A stretch of 64,000 nucleotides of DNA from Calditrichia bacterium (GTDB taxonomy: Bacteria; Calditrichota; Calditrichia; JAJRVZ01). The position numbers were made by a program, and so were the translations under genes. Under the pieces are notes generated by a model, which saw nothing but the letters and a program-made list of their open reading frames with translations, did not search any database and had not been told where the DNA came from. The DNA lies in NCBI GenBank assembly GCA_963796965.1, contig CAWCNS010000011.1, forward strand, positions 608,001 through 672,000, read 5' to 3'. Positions within the stretch are counted from its first letter, which is position 1. Each line of letters starts with the position of its first letter. Shown piece by piece: positions 53,782 to 64,000 of this stretch.

Positions 53782-54777
53782 CTAGGGTAGTTTTCTGAAC
53801 ACTGTGCTACCAAGTACTATTTCCAATATAAAAAACAAAAGACCCGAAATGAGGAATACATGAAAGTATTCTTCATACTGGGTAAATTCCTTCACATCAA
53901 TCTTTGTTTTTTCCAATTCACCAATTTCTTCATAAATTTCAGAAAGTTTTTTTGTATCAGTTGCTCTGAAATATTTAGCATTTGTATTGGCTGCAATTTT
54001 TTTTAACACCTCTTCATCAATTTCTACGGGCATTGGGACAAATCTTTTACCTAAAAGTGGGTCGTCCACAGGGTAAAGAGCTGTGCCCTGGGAACCAGCA
54101 CCAACCGTATATATTTTCACATCAATGGCTTCAGCAATATTTGAAGCTGTAATCGGATCTACTTCACCACGGTTATTTACACCATCCGTCAGTAAAATAA
54201 TCACCTTGCTTTTTGCCTTACTGTCCCTTAACCGGTTTACAGCATTCACAATCCCCATCCCAATTGCTGTTCCATCCCAATCCTTATCGGCTACTTTAAT
54301 TTGCTCCAGTATCGTTAATAATACCCCATAATCTAATGTTAGAGGGCATTGTGTGAAGCTTTCACCAGCAAAGATGACCAGGCCAAGGCGATCATTTTGA
54401 CGTCCCTCAATAAATTCTTTTGCAACCATTTTTGCTGCTTCAAGACGGTTCTTCGGTTTAAAATCTTCCGCCAACATACTGGACGAAACATCAATGGCCA
54501 GGATAATGTCCACACCCTCTGTGGTTGTTTCACGCATCTTACTTCCAGATTGAGGTCGTGCGAAAGCAATGATAATCATTGATACAAACAGAAGGCGCAA
54601 TAGAAAGAGGCTATGCCTTAATCGCTGCTTTGCTGTTTTACCAACTTTTTTAATTACGTGAATATCCGAGAAACGGATTTTCCCGCCTCCCTTTCCCCTC
54701 TTTTTCATATACCAGTATGCCATTATCGGCAAAAGGAATAATAAATATAAATATTCTGGATTGGCAAAACGATACAT
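53782..54777 (-). CDS. batA: BatA-like VWA-domain protein
   Basis: MIDAS DVSSS, NRL.AAK, DRLGLV.FAGES, GTAIG, LLTDG.NN.G, YFRA. Confidence 0.92.
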   Translation of the reverse strand: MYRFANPEYLYLLFLLPIMAYWYMKKRGKGGGKIRFSDIHVIKKVGKTAKQRLRHSLFLLRLLFVSMIIIAFARPQSGSKMRETTTEGVDIILAIDVSSSMLAEDFKPKNRLEAAKMVAKEFIEGRQNDRLGLVIFAGESFTQCPLTLDYGVLLTILEQIKVADKDWDGTAIGMGIVNAVNRLRDSKAKSKVIILLTDGVNNRGEVDPITASNIAEAIDVKIYTVGAGSQGTALYPVDDPLLGKRFVPMPVEIDEEVLKKIAANTNAKYFRATDTKKLSEIYEEIGELEKTKIDVKEFTQYEEYFHVFLISGLLFFILEIVLGSTVFRKLP

Positions 54778-56129
54778 CAGCTCTGTTCCCCGCTTACAGC
54801 TGTGGGTGCTTCTAAAAAGTCGGCTATTTTTACTTCCAGATTGTCAAAAGAACTACTTTGAATCTCCACAATGGCTTTAGATGAAGGACAAAAGGCGACT
54901 TTAATTTCTTTGTGAGAATTGACTAATAATTGCTGAATTTCCTTACCCTTTTGATAGCAGATAATTTTTCTTTCAGGCTGAGATAATCCAAATTCCCTTG
55001 GCGACCCAACTCCTTCGCGTAGAAATTTTTCCGCCTGCAAATTATTGATCGTATTTAGAAAGGAATCAATTTTCCAGTTCTTGACCTTTTGAGTTCCGGA
55101 TAGCATCCATGTAGAACTGGTATCTTTCACAAAATAAAGGATTGAATCGCCCTGATTAACGACGATACTATCCACGACATTCTTATCAAAAGAAGCGATC
55201 TTTTTATCCCGTAAATCAAAAAATGACTTATCAATATCCCTGACAAAACTTGAATCGACTGTCATTACGTGCGGCCGGCTGTTCTCTTTTACATTTGCTG
55301 AATTATTTACCAATTGTGATACAATAATCTGTTTATGTGCTTTACCCTCTCCTAAATATAAATCTACTGTATAGCGCGGATTAGCCAGATTATACTGTCG
55401 TGGATTATCCAATTCTTCGGAAACAACCGATTTGGCCTGGCCATTTTCAAACTTTCTAATCAGAGAGTTTACAGATATGTTATCAGCGGAAACCTTTTTG
55501 GGAGATAGAATATTCCAATCATCTCCCTCTTTTGAAAGATGTACAGATCCCTTCGTATTTTTTAATTTTAGTTCACGAACATCTGCTTCTTTAACCTTTG
55601 CAATAGACTTATCCCGCCAATCAAACAGCATTTTAGTAACATTATTTTTAAGATGTGAACCCACCGTGTAAACAATCGTATCTCCTTTCGAGATAAATAC
55701 ATTACTTCCTACAGGTGTATTGTCACCAAAACGAACAGAATCTCGCGAGCCATTATTAAATTCAAATGTAAGAAGGGAAGATCTTCCCACCAGACCATAA
55801 TCTTTCTCATCCCCATCTTTGATATAAAATTGTCTGACCTTTTTCATATTCTTGATAGCAGTCATCATACCATCTATCGTTGATTTATCTGCATCGGTTT
55901 GAACTGGTTTCAATATGCGCCATTCATTGCCAATACGCTCGAACTCAAATTGATTAAATATACTTCGTATTTCAATTTTTACTACGCTGTCTGGTTCAAA
56001 GACAATGATTTTTTCAGCAATTTCTTCTGCCTTTTCTCGTTCATCTCCACCCTTTATCTCATATAAATACACATACGCAGCAAGGACTGCCAGAATACCG
56101 AACAGAATCAATGTTTTTATCGTACTCAT
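54777..56129 (-). CDS. DUF4340-domain membrane-anchored protein (three repeats)
   Basis: N-terminal TM; three W....P...AD / YGL..P / RDK repeats; typical partner of Gld-like ABC systems. Confidence 0.8.
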   Translation of the reverse strand: MSTIKTLILFGILAVLAAYVYLYEIKGGDEREKAEEIAEKIIVFEPDSVVKIEIRSIFNQFEFERIGNEWRILKPVQTDADKSTIDGMMTAIKNMKKVRQFYIKDGDEKDYGLVGRSSLLTFEFNNGSRDSVRFGDNTPVGSNVFISKGDTIVYTVGSHLKNNVTKMLFDWRDKSIAKVKEADVRELKLKNTKGSVHLSKEGDDWNILSPKKVSADNISVNSLIRKFENGQAKSVVSEELDNPRQYNLANPRYTVDLYLGEGKAHKQIIVSQLVNNSANVKENSRPHVMTVDSSFVRDIDKSFFDLRDKKIASFDKNVVDSIVVNQGDSILYFVKDTSSTWMLSGTQKVKNWKIDSFLNTINNLQAEKFLREGVGSPREFGLSQPERKIICYQKGKEIQQLLVNSHKEIKVAFCPSSKAIVEIQSSSFDNLEVKIADFLEAPTAVSGEQS

Positions 56130-56203
56130 CTATTCCTCTATATTTTTACAAATCATTTTTTTGTTGTTAGCTGAATGTGAGATTGCAATCCCCAAATCCT
56201 AAT

Positions 56204-56229
56204 TACTAAGTACTAAGTACTAAGTACTA
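56204..56229. repeat. heptamer tandem repeat TACTAAG x3.7
   Basis: tactaag tactaag tactaag tacta. Confidence 0.7.
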
Positions 56230-56240
56230 TATATAACAAA

Positions 56241-57761
56241 TTATTTCCCCCGGCGAATATAAAATATCACGCCGGCAATAATTACCAACAGAGGAATCGC
56301 AATCACTACCAAATAAAACAATGTCTTCACATCCGCTTGAGTAAGTGTCACACGACGATCATCAATATCTTTTGGGCGGATAGAAATGAGGTCTTCTTCT
56401 TCAGCAAGGTAATTGATCGTATTGAGAAAAATATCGGCGTTACCTTGGTTTTTCCAATAACCATTACTGGCAAAATCTGAATCTCCAAATATAGCCAGAC
56501 CCATTTTACTTTCACCAATAGTTTTTTCAACCAGAACAGCAATTGTTACCGGACCCTGTAAATCTGCGTCGGGGTTAAATGATACTTCCGGTTTCGTAAG
56601 ATCAGTTTCCCCCCAACTATTCTCACTGGTTTGAAGGATATTCTTAATATCATATCCCTCCTTATCTTCCATTGGGGTGACCGACGAGGTATTCGGATAA
56701 AATGTCATTACATTAAATCCCTTGGTTATGGTCAGATCCTGATTATAATTGGTGACCAGCGGCATAGCCGGACCCGCACCAAAAAGTTGTCCCATTCCAC
56801 TCGCATCAACAACCAAATCATTACCAACAATTACTTTATATCTGGCTATTAAACTAACCAGGTCTTGTGGATGATCCGGATCTATGAGAACAAACGCTTT
56901 GCCACCTGACTCCAAATAACTTTTTATGCTATCTAACTCACCCGGAAAAAAATTCGCTCTCGGATTTACAATTACCAGAACATTGCATGAATCGGGGATT
57001 GATCTGCCCTGAGCGATATTTCGGACCAGATTTAATTCCTTTACCAGATAGTTTTCCTTTTTTATCGATTCCGCCGCCTGTGAATAGCCCGATTGCCCCT
57101 GATCATTTATGGATTTTTCACCATGTCCGGTCAGGAAGTAAATCGTCTTAGCCTGCTCACGGGTAACTTTCATGATAGCATTGGTCAAATTGGCTTCGTT
57201 TAATTCTTCAATTATTTCCTTTTTAACACCCGACTCAACTATCACTGTATTATATTTCTCGACCTGATATTGCCGGGCTATTTGGGGCTCTTCATCAGGA
57301 TCTACAAATTCATATATAAGTTCTCCAGAACGAAAAGCATATTCATCGAGTAAATCTTGCGCTGTTCGTTGTTCACTTGTTTTGTAAAACGCTGTAACTC
57401 GAACCTCTTGTGCCAATCCATTTAAAATTTTATCGGTCTGATCAGCCAGACTATACAATTTATTTTCTGTCCAATCACTTCGAATATGTTGTCTTGTGGT
57501 AATAAAAGCCAGAAATCCGACAATTCCAAGAACTATCACAATCTGAACAATCACATTTGAGCCATATTGCAGGCTTCTTTTGGACAGACTTTTATCCCGT
57601 GTTTTGTAATGATAAAAAATGAGATATCCAATGCCAGCTAGTCCCAGCACAATTGTAATCCAGTTCAGGACACCCCATATATTCTGGATCGAATAGTAAA
57701 CCAGAGAGAAAAGAAATAGTACAATTCCAACAATTCCAATTATTTTATCTTGCAATTTCAT
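56241..57761 (-). CDS. GldG-like ABC transporter auxiliary component
   Basis: DWTENKLYSL, VDP, E..LTNAI, YFLTGHGE, GDSDF, GN...FLN.INYL. Confidence 0.9.
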   Translation of the reverse strand: MKLQDKIIGIVGIVLFLFSLVYYSIQNIWGVLNWITIVLGLAGIGYLIFYHYKTRDKSLSKRSLQYGSNVIVQIVIVLGIVGFLAFITTRQHIRSDWTENKLYSLADQTDKILNGLAQEVRVTAFYKTSEQRTAQDLLDEYAFRSGELIYEFVDPDEEPQIARQYQVEKYNTVIVESGVKKEIIEELNEANLTNAIMKVTREQAKTIYFLTGHGEKSINDQGQSGYSQAAESIKKENYLVKELNLVRNIAQGRSIPDSCNVLVIVNPRANFFPGELDSIKSYLESGGKAFVLIDPDHPQDLVSLIARYKVIVGNDLVVDASGMGQLFGAGPAMPLVTNYNQDLTITKGFNVMTFYPNTSSVTPMEDKEGYDIKNILQTSENSWGETDLTKPEVSFNPDADLQGPVTIAVLVEKTIGESKMGLAIFGDSDFASNGYWKNQGNADIFLNTINYLAEEEDLISIRPKDIDDRRVTLTQADVKTLFYLVVIAIPLLVIIAGVIFYIRRGK

Positions 57762-57791
57762 TTTTAATCTCCATTATATTGAAACACAACA

Positions 57792-58575
57792 TCAGGTACG
57801 CCATTTGATCGATTCAATTGATTTTAAAGATAAATACAATCCGAAGAATGTAAAAAGTATATAGTAGGCAATATGCGCACTATCAATTACACCCTGAGCA
57901 AAATCTTCAAAATGGTTGATAATCGATATATAATTGAGGACGGGAGACCAGGTAGGGCCGACATAACTTGCTCCCCACCCTATAACCCATAATATGAGTG
58001 AAAGAGCAAAACCCCCAATTGCAGCAATAATCTGATTTTCAGTTGTTGATGAAATAAATAATCCAATTGAGATAAAGGCTGCCACCCATAAAGATAAGTC
58101 CGATATACCCGGAGAGCACAGGTAAAAATTCAGGACTACCATAGACAAACAGTAAGGATTGAAAAAACATTGTAGGGATAAGCAAGACAATATAAAAAGC
58201 GAGACCTGCTAGAAACTTTCCCATAATAATCTGAACACTGCTTATAGGTGTGGTATATAGTAGTTCGACGGTTCCCTGTCTTTTCTCCTCAGAATAAAGC
58301 CTCATACTGATAGCCGGCAGGGTAAAAAGGGAAATAAGGGCAATATTCCAGAAAAAGGGTCTTATTAACATTATATTTACATTAAATTTTTGAGGCATTT
58401 GTCTGTATTGTTGTGCTCGTATTTGATCCATAAACGCTGCTTCAACAAAATTAGAGAGATATAAATAGAAAAATAGCCCTGTTAAGGCTGTAAAAATACC
58501 AATCACGATATAAGCCATGGGCGAATAAAAAAATGATTTAAATTCTTTCTCAAATATAGCAAATGTCTTTTTCAT
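57792..58575 (-). CDS. GldF-like ABC-2 permease (frameshift near 58082)
   Basis: KE.KSFF.SP.AY, SMR..SEEK..GT.ELL.T.P, GKFLA, SS.TENQI.A; span 784 = 3n+1. Confidence 0.9.
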
Positions 58576-58576
58576 A

Positions 58577-59514
58577 TCAGGCGACCTCCTCCTTTGTCGT
58601 CAAATGCAGGAAGATATCTTCAAGGGTTACTTTATCTGCATGCATTTCCAGCAAACCAAGTTTTGATGTAACCAGTTTATATGCCAAATCCTTCCGCAAA
58701 TCTTTTTTACTTTCAATTGCAATTTTATAAATATTATCAGCATGTCGTATCGAACTTCATTGAGGTTATATCAGGAAAAGATTTAAAGACACTCTCTATT
58801 TTCTCCTTCTCCCCTTCTACTTCCAATAATACACGATCGGATCCACGCATTCGGGCAGTAAGATTATCAGGTGTATCTTCGGCTACAACAAGGCCGTCAG
58901 AAATAATCACAACCCGCTCACAAGTTTGTTCAACCTCTGGTAAGATATGTGAACTCAGAATAACTGTATGGTCACCTTTTAAGTTTTTGATCAATTCTCT
59001 AATTTCAATAATTTGCTTTGGATCAAGACCCACCGTTGGTTCATCAAGAATCACAACCTCAGGATTATTCAAAAGACTCTGGGCCAATCCGACTCTTTGC
59101 TTAAATCCCTTGGATAATTTACCGATCACACGATCTCTGAACATCCCCCAGACTGACTTTTTCAATAACCGTATCGATTTCTGACTTTACTTTATCCTTT
59201 TCAACACCTTTTATCTGGGCAACAAAATTTAGATAATCCATCACATCCAATTCGTTATAAAGCGGTGGATTCTCAGGCAAATAGCCTGTAATTTTTCTAA
59301 TTTCCATACTTTTATCAAAGATGTCATAACCACCGATTGTTGCCGTTCCACTTGTCGGCGGCATATAACAGGTTAAAATACGCATGGTTGTAGTTTTTCC
59401 TGCGGCATTTGGGCCGAGTAATCCAAGGATCTCACCCTTTTTTACGCTGAATGACACATTGGATATGGCCTGTTTCTGACCATAATAACGTGTTAATTCA
59501 TTTACTTCTATCAC
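58577..59514 (-). CDS. GldA-like ABC transporter ATP-binding protein (frameshifts near 59135 and 58745)
   Basis: GPNAAGKTT, LSKG.KQRVGLAQ, ILDEPT.GLDP, SSH, terminal TLEDIFLHLT; span 938 = 3n+2. Confidence 0.92.
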
Positions 59515-59624
59515 TTCTGATCCTCCATCATTTGTTGTTTAATAATTAAGAGGTTATATTAATTTCAGTTCCAAACTTTTTTTTTCACGCAAAGACGCAA
59601 AGAAAAATTTATAAACAATATACA

Positions 59625-60647
59625 TTAACTGAGTACTGCTTTTTTATTCATTTCCGATTCACCTTCAGGTTTACTATTCTCCTCAACCGGACTCTGCTCT
59701 TCATAGACGACTTTTGTTAATTCAATAAAATCTTTTGCCCAATTAACGACATCTGTATTTTCTTTTTCTGAGGGAAAATATTTAGCAAATTTCGCCAGAT
59801 CAGATAACTCTAAAAATGCTTTAATGGTTGATGAGGTCTGGTCAGTTAAATCCTGGTTTTGCAATTCTTGTAAAATTTCACGACTGGTTTCCTCCAATGC
59901 CGGCACATAATAGCGCCCCTCAATGTAACGGCGGATAATCTCAGAAATTTCACTATAGAATAGTTTTATTTCACCCTTACCAATCAGATTTTTACCGATC
60001 AATTCCTCTAAAGCCTCCAGGGCGACTTCATGTGCTGGACGTGCTGGTTCATGCGGTTTTATTAGATACCCATCCTCTTTTCTCTTTCGGTAAAATCGAT
60101 ATCCAAGATAGACTAACACACCGATTAGAATGACAGAAGCCAGGACAGAAATCAACATGAGGTAATCGTAGGGAATTTCAATCGGTGCTTTAACATCCCG
60201 AAGTTCCCTTTCCTCATCCTGAATAACAGATTCTACATAAATTGCTATTGCACTTGCTTCAATTAGCCTGTAGTCCATCAAGGAGTCCGTTGGAAAATAG
60301 GCCACAGGAAAGGCGGGTATGATATAAGCACCTGTATCAAATACGCTTATAACATATTCAAATTTTTGTGAAATACGGCCATCCATTCTCAAGGGATCAT
60401 GAACTTTATAATCCTTAATTTCAAACTGACCAAGATTCACTCCCTCTCCCGGTTTTTCCACTCGCATAGTATCCACATGATCGATGGTAATCGTATAAGT
60501 TATACGATCCCCAATAGTAATACGAGAGGTATCAACGGCAGAGGTTACCTCAATTAATGGTTTCTCTTCCTGAGCATTTACCATATGCCCCAAGAGACAG
60601 ACCCATATATTTATTGTTAAGATAATGATTCTCATATTAAAATTCAT
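59625..60647 (-). CDS. Bat-operon membrane protein (single BatD-like Ig domain, TM, helical C-terminus)
   Basis: VD...I.IGD.I, FDTG, RDVK.P, FYS.IS.I.R.YIE.R, D.AKFAK. Confidence 0.8.
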   Translation of the reverse strand: MNFNMRIIILTINIWVCLLGHMVNAQEEKPLIEVTSAVDTSRITIGDRITYTITIDHVDTMRVEKPGEGVNLGQFEIKDYKVHDPLRMDGRISQKFEYVISVFDTGAYIIPAFPVAYFPTDSLMDYRLIEASAIAIYVESVIQDEERELRDVKAPIEIPYDYLMLISVLASVILIGVLVYLGYRFYRKRKEDGYLIKPHEPARPAHEVALEALEELIGKNLIGKGEIKLFYSEISEIIRRYIEGRYYVPALEETSREILQELQNQDLTDQTSSTIKAFLELSDLAKFAKYFPSEKENTDVVNWAKDFIELTKVVYEEQSPVEENSKPEGESEMNKKAVLS

Positions 60648-60788
60648 TTCACACAGAACTGTATAACATCCATCCGCTTAGCGCTTGGCGGATAGTGCAT
60701 ATCAAAAAAATATATTTATACCATGCGCCCTGCTCTTTGCCTTTTGGATATCTGACACTGAGCTTTCATGTCTCACATACCAACCATA

Positions 60789-61751
60789 CTACTTCACTTT
60801 GTTTTCATAAACTGTAACTTTTTCCGCTTTCATTAAACGTTCAAGAAGTTGTTGATAGGCCTCTTGTTGTTTTTCCACAAACAGATCCTGGGCAACCTGT
60901 TGTCCAACTTCCTGAAAGGACTTCTGTCTGGTTGTTTTCCCTTTATCATCCTTTTCAACATATTTTTCTTTATTTGCCTTATAATAAATCTCTATATCTG
61001 CCTGGTTTATATCGACCAGTTTCTCTATCTCTTCCTGAAGAACTTTTTGAGCCATTAACTGTTTTTTTGCCCTAAATGTCCCCTCAATAATTTCTTTATC
61101 CTGGTCAAGGTTTTTACGCTTTGCTGAATCGTATAAGAGAATCTCTGCCAGGTATTGACGAAGGAATGCTAACTTTTGTTCCCGTGTTGTAAATTGCGAT
61201 TTAAGGTAAGGGGGGAGTTGATTTATTTCAAAATCCAGATCACCCTGTGTAAATTTTCTATCTCCAATGGTCGCCAGCACTTCCCCAGGTCTGCTTTCCA
61301 CAACCTCTTCAGGCCTGAGAGCGGTTTCTTTTTCAAGAATTCTTTGGGCATCTTGAGATCTTTCCAATCGTTCCAAACAATTTACAATTCTTTTGCCAAC
61401 ATCGGATTGTATGTCACTTTCAGGATAGAGGTATTTTATGCGTAGATAATTTTCCAAGGCCATATTATAATCATGAAGCCTTTCAAAATAAATATTCGCT
61501 ATCTGATAATAAATATTGGCTTGTTTGGTTCTGCTTATCGGGTATCCAGCAAGATATTCTTCATATTCCTGAATCGCTGCGTCAAATAATTCATTATTTA
61601 GAAAAGTATGGGCAAGATTAATCTTTTTATCTGCATCTATTTGCGGCTTTTCACTTTCCGAGCAAGCGTTAAGGAAAAGACCAAACAAAACAACACCTAA
61701 CATAATATGTATAATGTGGTTACATCTTATTTTAAACATATCCAATCCCAA
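60789..61751 (-). CDS. TPR lipoprotein fused to a PrsA/SurA-type chaperone domain lacking the parvulin domain
   Basis: Lipobox LNA-C; TPRs; VLATIG...T..D....LP...; YYKANKEKY linked directly to SFQEV. Confidence 0.7.
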   Translation of the reverse strand: MGLDMFKIRCNHIIHIMLGVVLFGLFLNACSESEKPQIDADKKINLAHTFLNNELFDAAIQEYEEYLAGYPISRTKQANIYYQIANIYFERLHDYNMALENYLRIKYLYPESDIQSDVGKRIVNCLERLERSQDAQRILEKETALRPEEVVESRPGEVLATIGDRKFTQGDLDFEINQLPPYLKSQFTTREQKLAFLRQYLAEILLYDSAKRKNLDQDKEIIEGTFRAKKQLMAQKVLQEEIEKLVDINQADIEIYYKANKEKYVEKDDKGKTTRQKSFQEVGQQVAQDLFVEKQQEAYQQLLERLMKAEKVTVYENKVK

Positions 61752-61804
61752 ATTCCTATTTCTTAATTACAAATATCAACTTTTTTATTTTGATTGTCAG
61801 AAGA

Positions 61805-62686
61805 TTAATACATCATCCGTTTTGCACGCATTCTAAAAAAGCGCGTAATCGGTTCCACATAAGATTGATCCGTTTTAATATTAATATTATCAACACCGAT
61901 AGATTTAAAAAACTTTTCTCGTTTATCACGCTCTTCTTTCGACTGTGAATAAAAACTTCCTCTAATTGAAGGACTGGCTGTATCAACGATAACCGTCTCA
62001 CCCGTTTCAGCATCTTCCAATTCAATAAAGCCAACATTTGGCAATTCTACTTCTCTTGGATCTATAATGTTGATAGCAATAATATCATGCTTTTTATTGG
62101 CAACTTGCAGGGATTTTTCATATCCTTCCGTGAGAAAATCAGATACCAGGAAGACGATGCTGCGGCGTTTAATTACACGGCTAAGATACTCCAGAGATAC
62201 ATTTAAATCTGTTTTTGAATCCTCTGGTTTAAAGTAAAGAATCTCTCTGATTACACGTAATACATGTTGCTTCCCTTTACGAGGTGGAATAAATTTTTCG
62301 ATTTTGTCTGAAAAAATTATCAGGCCAACTTTATCATTATTCTTTATAGCAGAAAAAGCAAGCACTGCGCATAATTCGGCAGCGACCTCACCTTTCATCT
62401 GGCTGGCAGTCCCAAAGTTACCACTGGAAGAAACATCTACCAGCAACATGACCGTTAATTCCCGCTCTTCATCAAATACTTTTATATAGGGATGACCAGC
62501 CCGGGCGGTAACATTCCAATCGATATTACGGATATCATCACCCATCTGATATTCCCGCACTTCTGCAAATTCCATCCCACGACCTTTAAACACAGAGTGA
62601 TATTCCCCTGAAAAAACCTCATTCACCAAACCGCGGGTTGCAATTTCTATTCGTTTAACTTTTTTTAATATCTCTTTTGGGATCAT
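61805..62686 (-). CDS. DUF58-domain protein
   Basis: G.YHS.FKG.G.EF.EVREY..GDD.R.IDW, EREL, DVSSS, SDF. Confidence 0.93.
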   Translation of the reverse strand: MIPKEILKKVKRIEIATRGLVNEVFSGEYHSVFKGRGMEFAEVREYQMGDDIRNIDWNVTARAGHPYIKVFDEERELTVMLLVDVSSSGNFGTASQMKGEVAAELCAVLAFSAIKNNDKVGLIIFSDKIEKFIPPRKGKQHVLRVIREILYFKPEDSKTDLNVSLEYLSRVIKRRSIVFLVSDFLTEGYEKSLQVANKKHDIIAINIIDPREVELPNVGFIELEDAETGETVIVDTASPSIRGSFYSQSKEERDKREKFFKSIGVDNINIKTDQSYVEPITRFFRMRAKRMMY

Positions 62687-62732
62687 TTCAAACAGCAATT
62701 TAAAATTTAGAATTTAGAATTATTAATTGTCT

Positions 62733-63722
62733 TTATGGTACCTCAACACGGTTTAAAACCTTACGGATGACATCTTCAGTGCCAATCTCTTCGGCTTCTG
62801 CCTCATATGACAGGATAACCCTGTGCCGCATCACATCCATGCCAATCGATCTCACATCTTCAGGTGTGACATATCCCCGGCGACGTAAGAATGCATGTGC
62901 TTTTGCAGCAAGGGCCAAAAAGATTGAAGCACGGGGCGAGGCACCAAAAGTTATTAGATCATTTAAATCTTCCAACCCGTATTGACCCGGATTTCTTGTG
63001 GCAAAGACGATATCGACAATGTATTTTTCGATTTTTTCATCAATATATATTTCTTTAACTGCCTTACGGGCTTTTACAATATCGGAAGGAGAAATAACAG
63101 GTTTCACCTCTACCTCATCGTTTTTAGTTACCCGCCGCATAATTTCAAGTTCTTCCTCTGGGGATGGATAGCCAACACTCAGTTTTAACATAAAACGATC
63201 AACCTGTGCTTCAGGGAGTGGATAAGTACCCTCTTGTTCAATGGGATTTTGTGTAGCTAAAACTAAAAATGGATCTTCAAGTTTAAAGGTATTTTCCCCA
63301 ATTGTGACTTGCCGTTCCTGCATAGCCTCCAATAGAGCACTTTGAACTTTTGCCGGAGAACGATTGATTTCATCTGCTAAAATCAAATTAGAAAAGATAG
63401 GACCTTTTTTTGTTGTAAATTCCCCATCTTTTTGATTAAAAATAAGTGTTCCCAGTAAATCGGCAGGTAACAAATCCGGGGTGAATTGGATCCGTTGAAA
63501 ATTTGTTTTGACTGTTCCAGACAGTGTTTTAACCGTCAAAGTTTTGGCTAAACCTGGCACTCCTTCAAGTAAAATATGTCCATTTGACAGAAGTCCGATT
63601 AATAACCGCTCAATCATATAGTTCTGACCAACAATGACTTTTCCTATCTCCGCGACTATCTTTTCAACAAATTCACTTTCTTTTAAAATCTTATCATTGA
63701 TAGCCTTAATGTCCGGATTCAT
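62733..63722 (-). CDS. moxR: MoxR-family AAA+ ATPase
   Basis: EGVPGLAKT, RIQFTPDLLPAD, ADEINR, ATQNPIEQEGTYPLPEAQ.DRF, GASPR. Confidence 0.96.
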   Translation of the reverse strand: MNPDIKAINDKILKESEFVEKIVAEIGKVIVGQNYMIERLLIGLLSNGHILLEGVPGLAKTLTVKTLSGTVKTNFQRIQFTPDLLPADLLGTLIFNQKDGEFTTKKGPIFSNLILADEINRSPAKVQSALLEAMQERQVTIGENTFKLEDPFLVLATQNPIEQEGTYPLPEAQVDRFMLKLSVGYPSPEEELEIMRRVTKNDEVEVKPVISPSDIVKARKAVKEIYIDEKIEKYIVDIVFATRNPGQYGLEDLNDLITFGASPRASIFLALAAKAHAFLRRRGYVTPEDVRSIGMDVMRHRVILSYEAEAEEIGTEDVIRKVLNRVEVP

Positions 63723-64000
63723 TTATCCTCCTCTGAATTATTTATAGATTTTTGTGTTTCTAATACCAGTTCAACCGTATCATATAGTTGATGGAAATCT
63801 GATTCATCTGCCATCTCCCCTGCAAATTTCACCTTGTTCGCTTTATCATAAAAATCCTTTACCTTTTGCAGGGAATCATCTGGAAACTCTTTTTCACTTA
63901 TGGCTGTTATAAGATCATCATTTGACATATTAAGAGCCGGGATATTATAATGTTCTGAAAAATAACCCGTTAACAGATGACTCAGGTCGCTCAAACCATC
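63719..64000 (-). CDS. C-terminal fragment of a BatD-like protein (begins beyond the window)
   Basis: Helical tail L..Y....Y......KFA like the other Bat C-termini; stop overlaps the moxR ATG. Confidence 0.6.
   Translation of the reverse strand, partial: DGLSDLSHLLTGYFSEHYNIPALNMSNDDLITAISEKEFPDDSLQKVKDFYDKANKVKFAGEMADESDFHQLYDTVELVLETQKSINNSEEDK

Overview
AT-rich bacterial chromosome segment with almost all genes on the minus strand. It is probably from an anaerobic FCB-superphylum relative such as a Calditrichota/KSB1-like lineage; this is inferred from TAnnTTTG promoters, Bat/Gld-like genes and normal Shine-Dalgarno use. Gene content in window order: an aromatic amino-acid operon (aroF-aroA-CM-tyrA-aroK-aroB plus an MBL hydrolase), rnhB, an M14 peptidase, comEC, an acyl-CoA dehydrogenase, a DUF350/lytic transglycosylase pair, DUF2851, a group 3b [NiFe]-hydrogenase operon ending in a two-component system and an ACT protein, a lipoprotein/beta-barrel pair, a 2-oxoacid:ferredoxin oxidoreductase operon, pduO, the yebC-ruvCAB-queA-ispDF-dedA-gltX-cysS string, glnS-archease-rtcB, and a >16 kb MoxR/Bat operon with an embedded Gld-like ABC transporter. 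Thirteen genes, including the essential cysS, are split, nearly always by one extra base, which points to sequencing error rather than pseudogenes. The most novel signal is a candidate ~100-nt sigma54-dependent small RNA (33255-33354, minus) that displays anti-Shine-Dalgarno loops. It is one of three sigma54-type promoters here; the other two precede the hydrogenase and oxidoreductase operons. Intergenic regions carry several families of nested REP/MITE-like and heptamer repeats. I found no tRNA, rRNA, CRISPR array, transposase or integrase.
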